64,000 bases of DNA from contig JARFYF010000022.1 of NCBI GenBank assembly GCA_030265395.1, forward strand, positions 44,265,924 through 44,329,923. Reading direction: 5' to 3'. Positions 63,521 to 64,000 of this stretch are shown in pieces (positions within the stretch are counted from its first letter, which is position 1; the number at the start of each line of letters is the position of its first letter). Origin of the DNA: Rhina ancylostomus. Taxonomy: Eukaryota. Under the pieces are notes generated by a model. The model saw only the letters and a list, made by a program, of their open reading frames with translations, was not told where the DNA came from and ran no database searches. The position numbers and the translations under genes are program-made.

Positions 63521-64000
63521 TAAGAGTTATACAGCACGAAAAATAGACCCTTCGCCCAACTAGTCCATGTCGACCAAGTTACCTAACTGAGCTAGTCCCA
63601 TTTGCCTGAATTTGGCCCATATTCCTCTCGACCATTCCTATCCCTGTACCTGTCCCTTTGATATTTACAAATTGTATTTGTACCCATCTCTAATCTCTAC
63701 CACTTCCTCTGGCAGTTCATTCCATATACTCACCACCCTCTGTATGAAGAATGCCTCAGGTTCCACTTAAATCTTTCCCCTCTCACTTTAAACCTATGCC
63801 CTCTAGTTTTGAACTCCCCTATCCTGAGGAAAAGACTGTGGCTATTCACCTTATCTACGTCCCTCATGATTTTATAAACCTCAATAAGATCACCGCTCAG
63901 CCTCCTATGCTCCAGGGAAACAAATCCCAGCCTCTCCTAACTCAAGCCCACCAGTCCTAGTAATATCCTCATATATCTTTTGTGCAGCTTTTTAATCTCT
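63521..64000 (-). mobile_element. CR1 LINE 3' end, runs off the window
   Basis: Minus strand gives DLIEVYKIMRDVDKVNSHSLF...KTRGHRFKVRGERFK...VVSIWNELPEEVV, the CR1 ORF2 C-terminus. Confidence 0.85.

Noticed and set aside
1-64000. CRISPR arrays, rRNA genes or prokaryotic operons
   Set aside because: None seen; the sequence is spliced vertebrate DNA with no regular repeat-spacer structure.

Overview
Eukaryotic, intron-rich genomic DNA with several N gaps. The repeat content (HE1/V-SINE-like and SacSINE1/Deu-like SINEs, Penelope, CR1, RTE, Rex-type tails) points to a cartilaginous fish. Two genes converge tail-to-tail. On the + strand, 12 GT-AG coding exons (2319-33442) splice in frame into a complete 1332-nt, 443-aa BCH/Sec14 + RhoGAP protein, closest to ARHGAP1 (p50RhoGAP); the paralog ARHGAP8 is the alternative call. 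On the - strand lie the last two coding exons of a PHF21A-like gene (62630-62527, 58349-58131). Between them is about 25 kb that looks like long convergent 3' UTR/intergenic sequence. Most ORF-track entries are spurious. The main points of interest are: a palindromic Penelope-LTR-derived hairpin carrying two degenerate hammerhead-ribozyme cores; loss of the PPRPPLP SH3-binding motif in the RhoGAP; the ARHGAP1/PHF21A adjacency; two solo LTRs; and a ~250-bp 3' duplication whose copies differ at a poly(A) hexamer. All family assignments are from recalled sequences, not database searches, and repeat boundaries are approximate.
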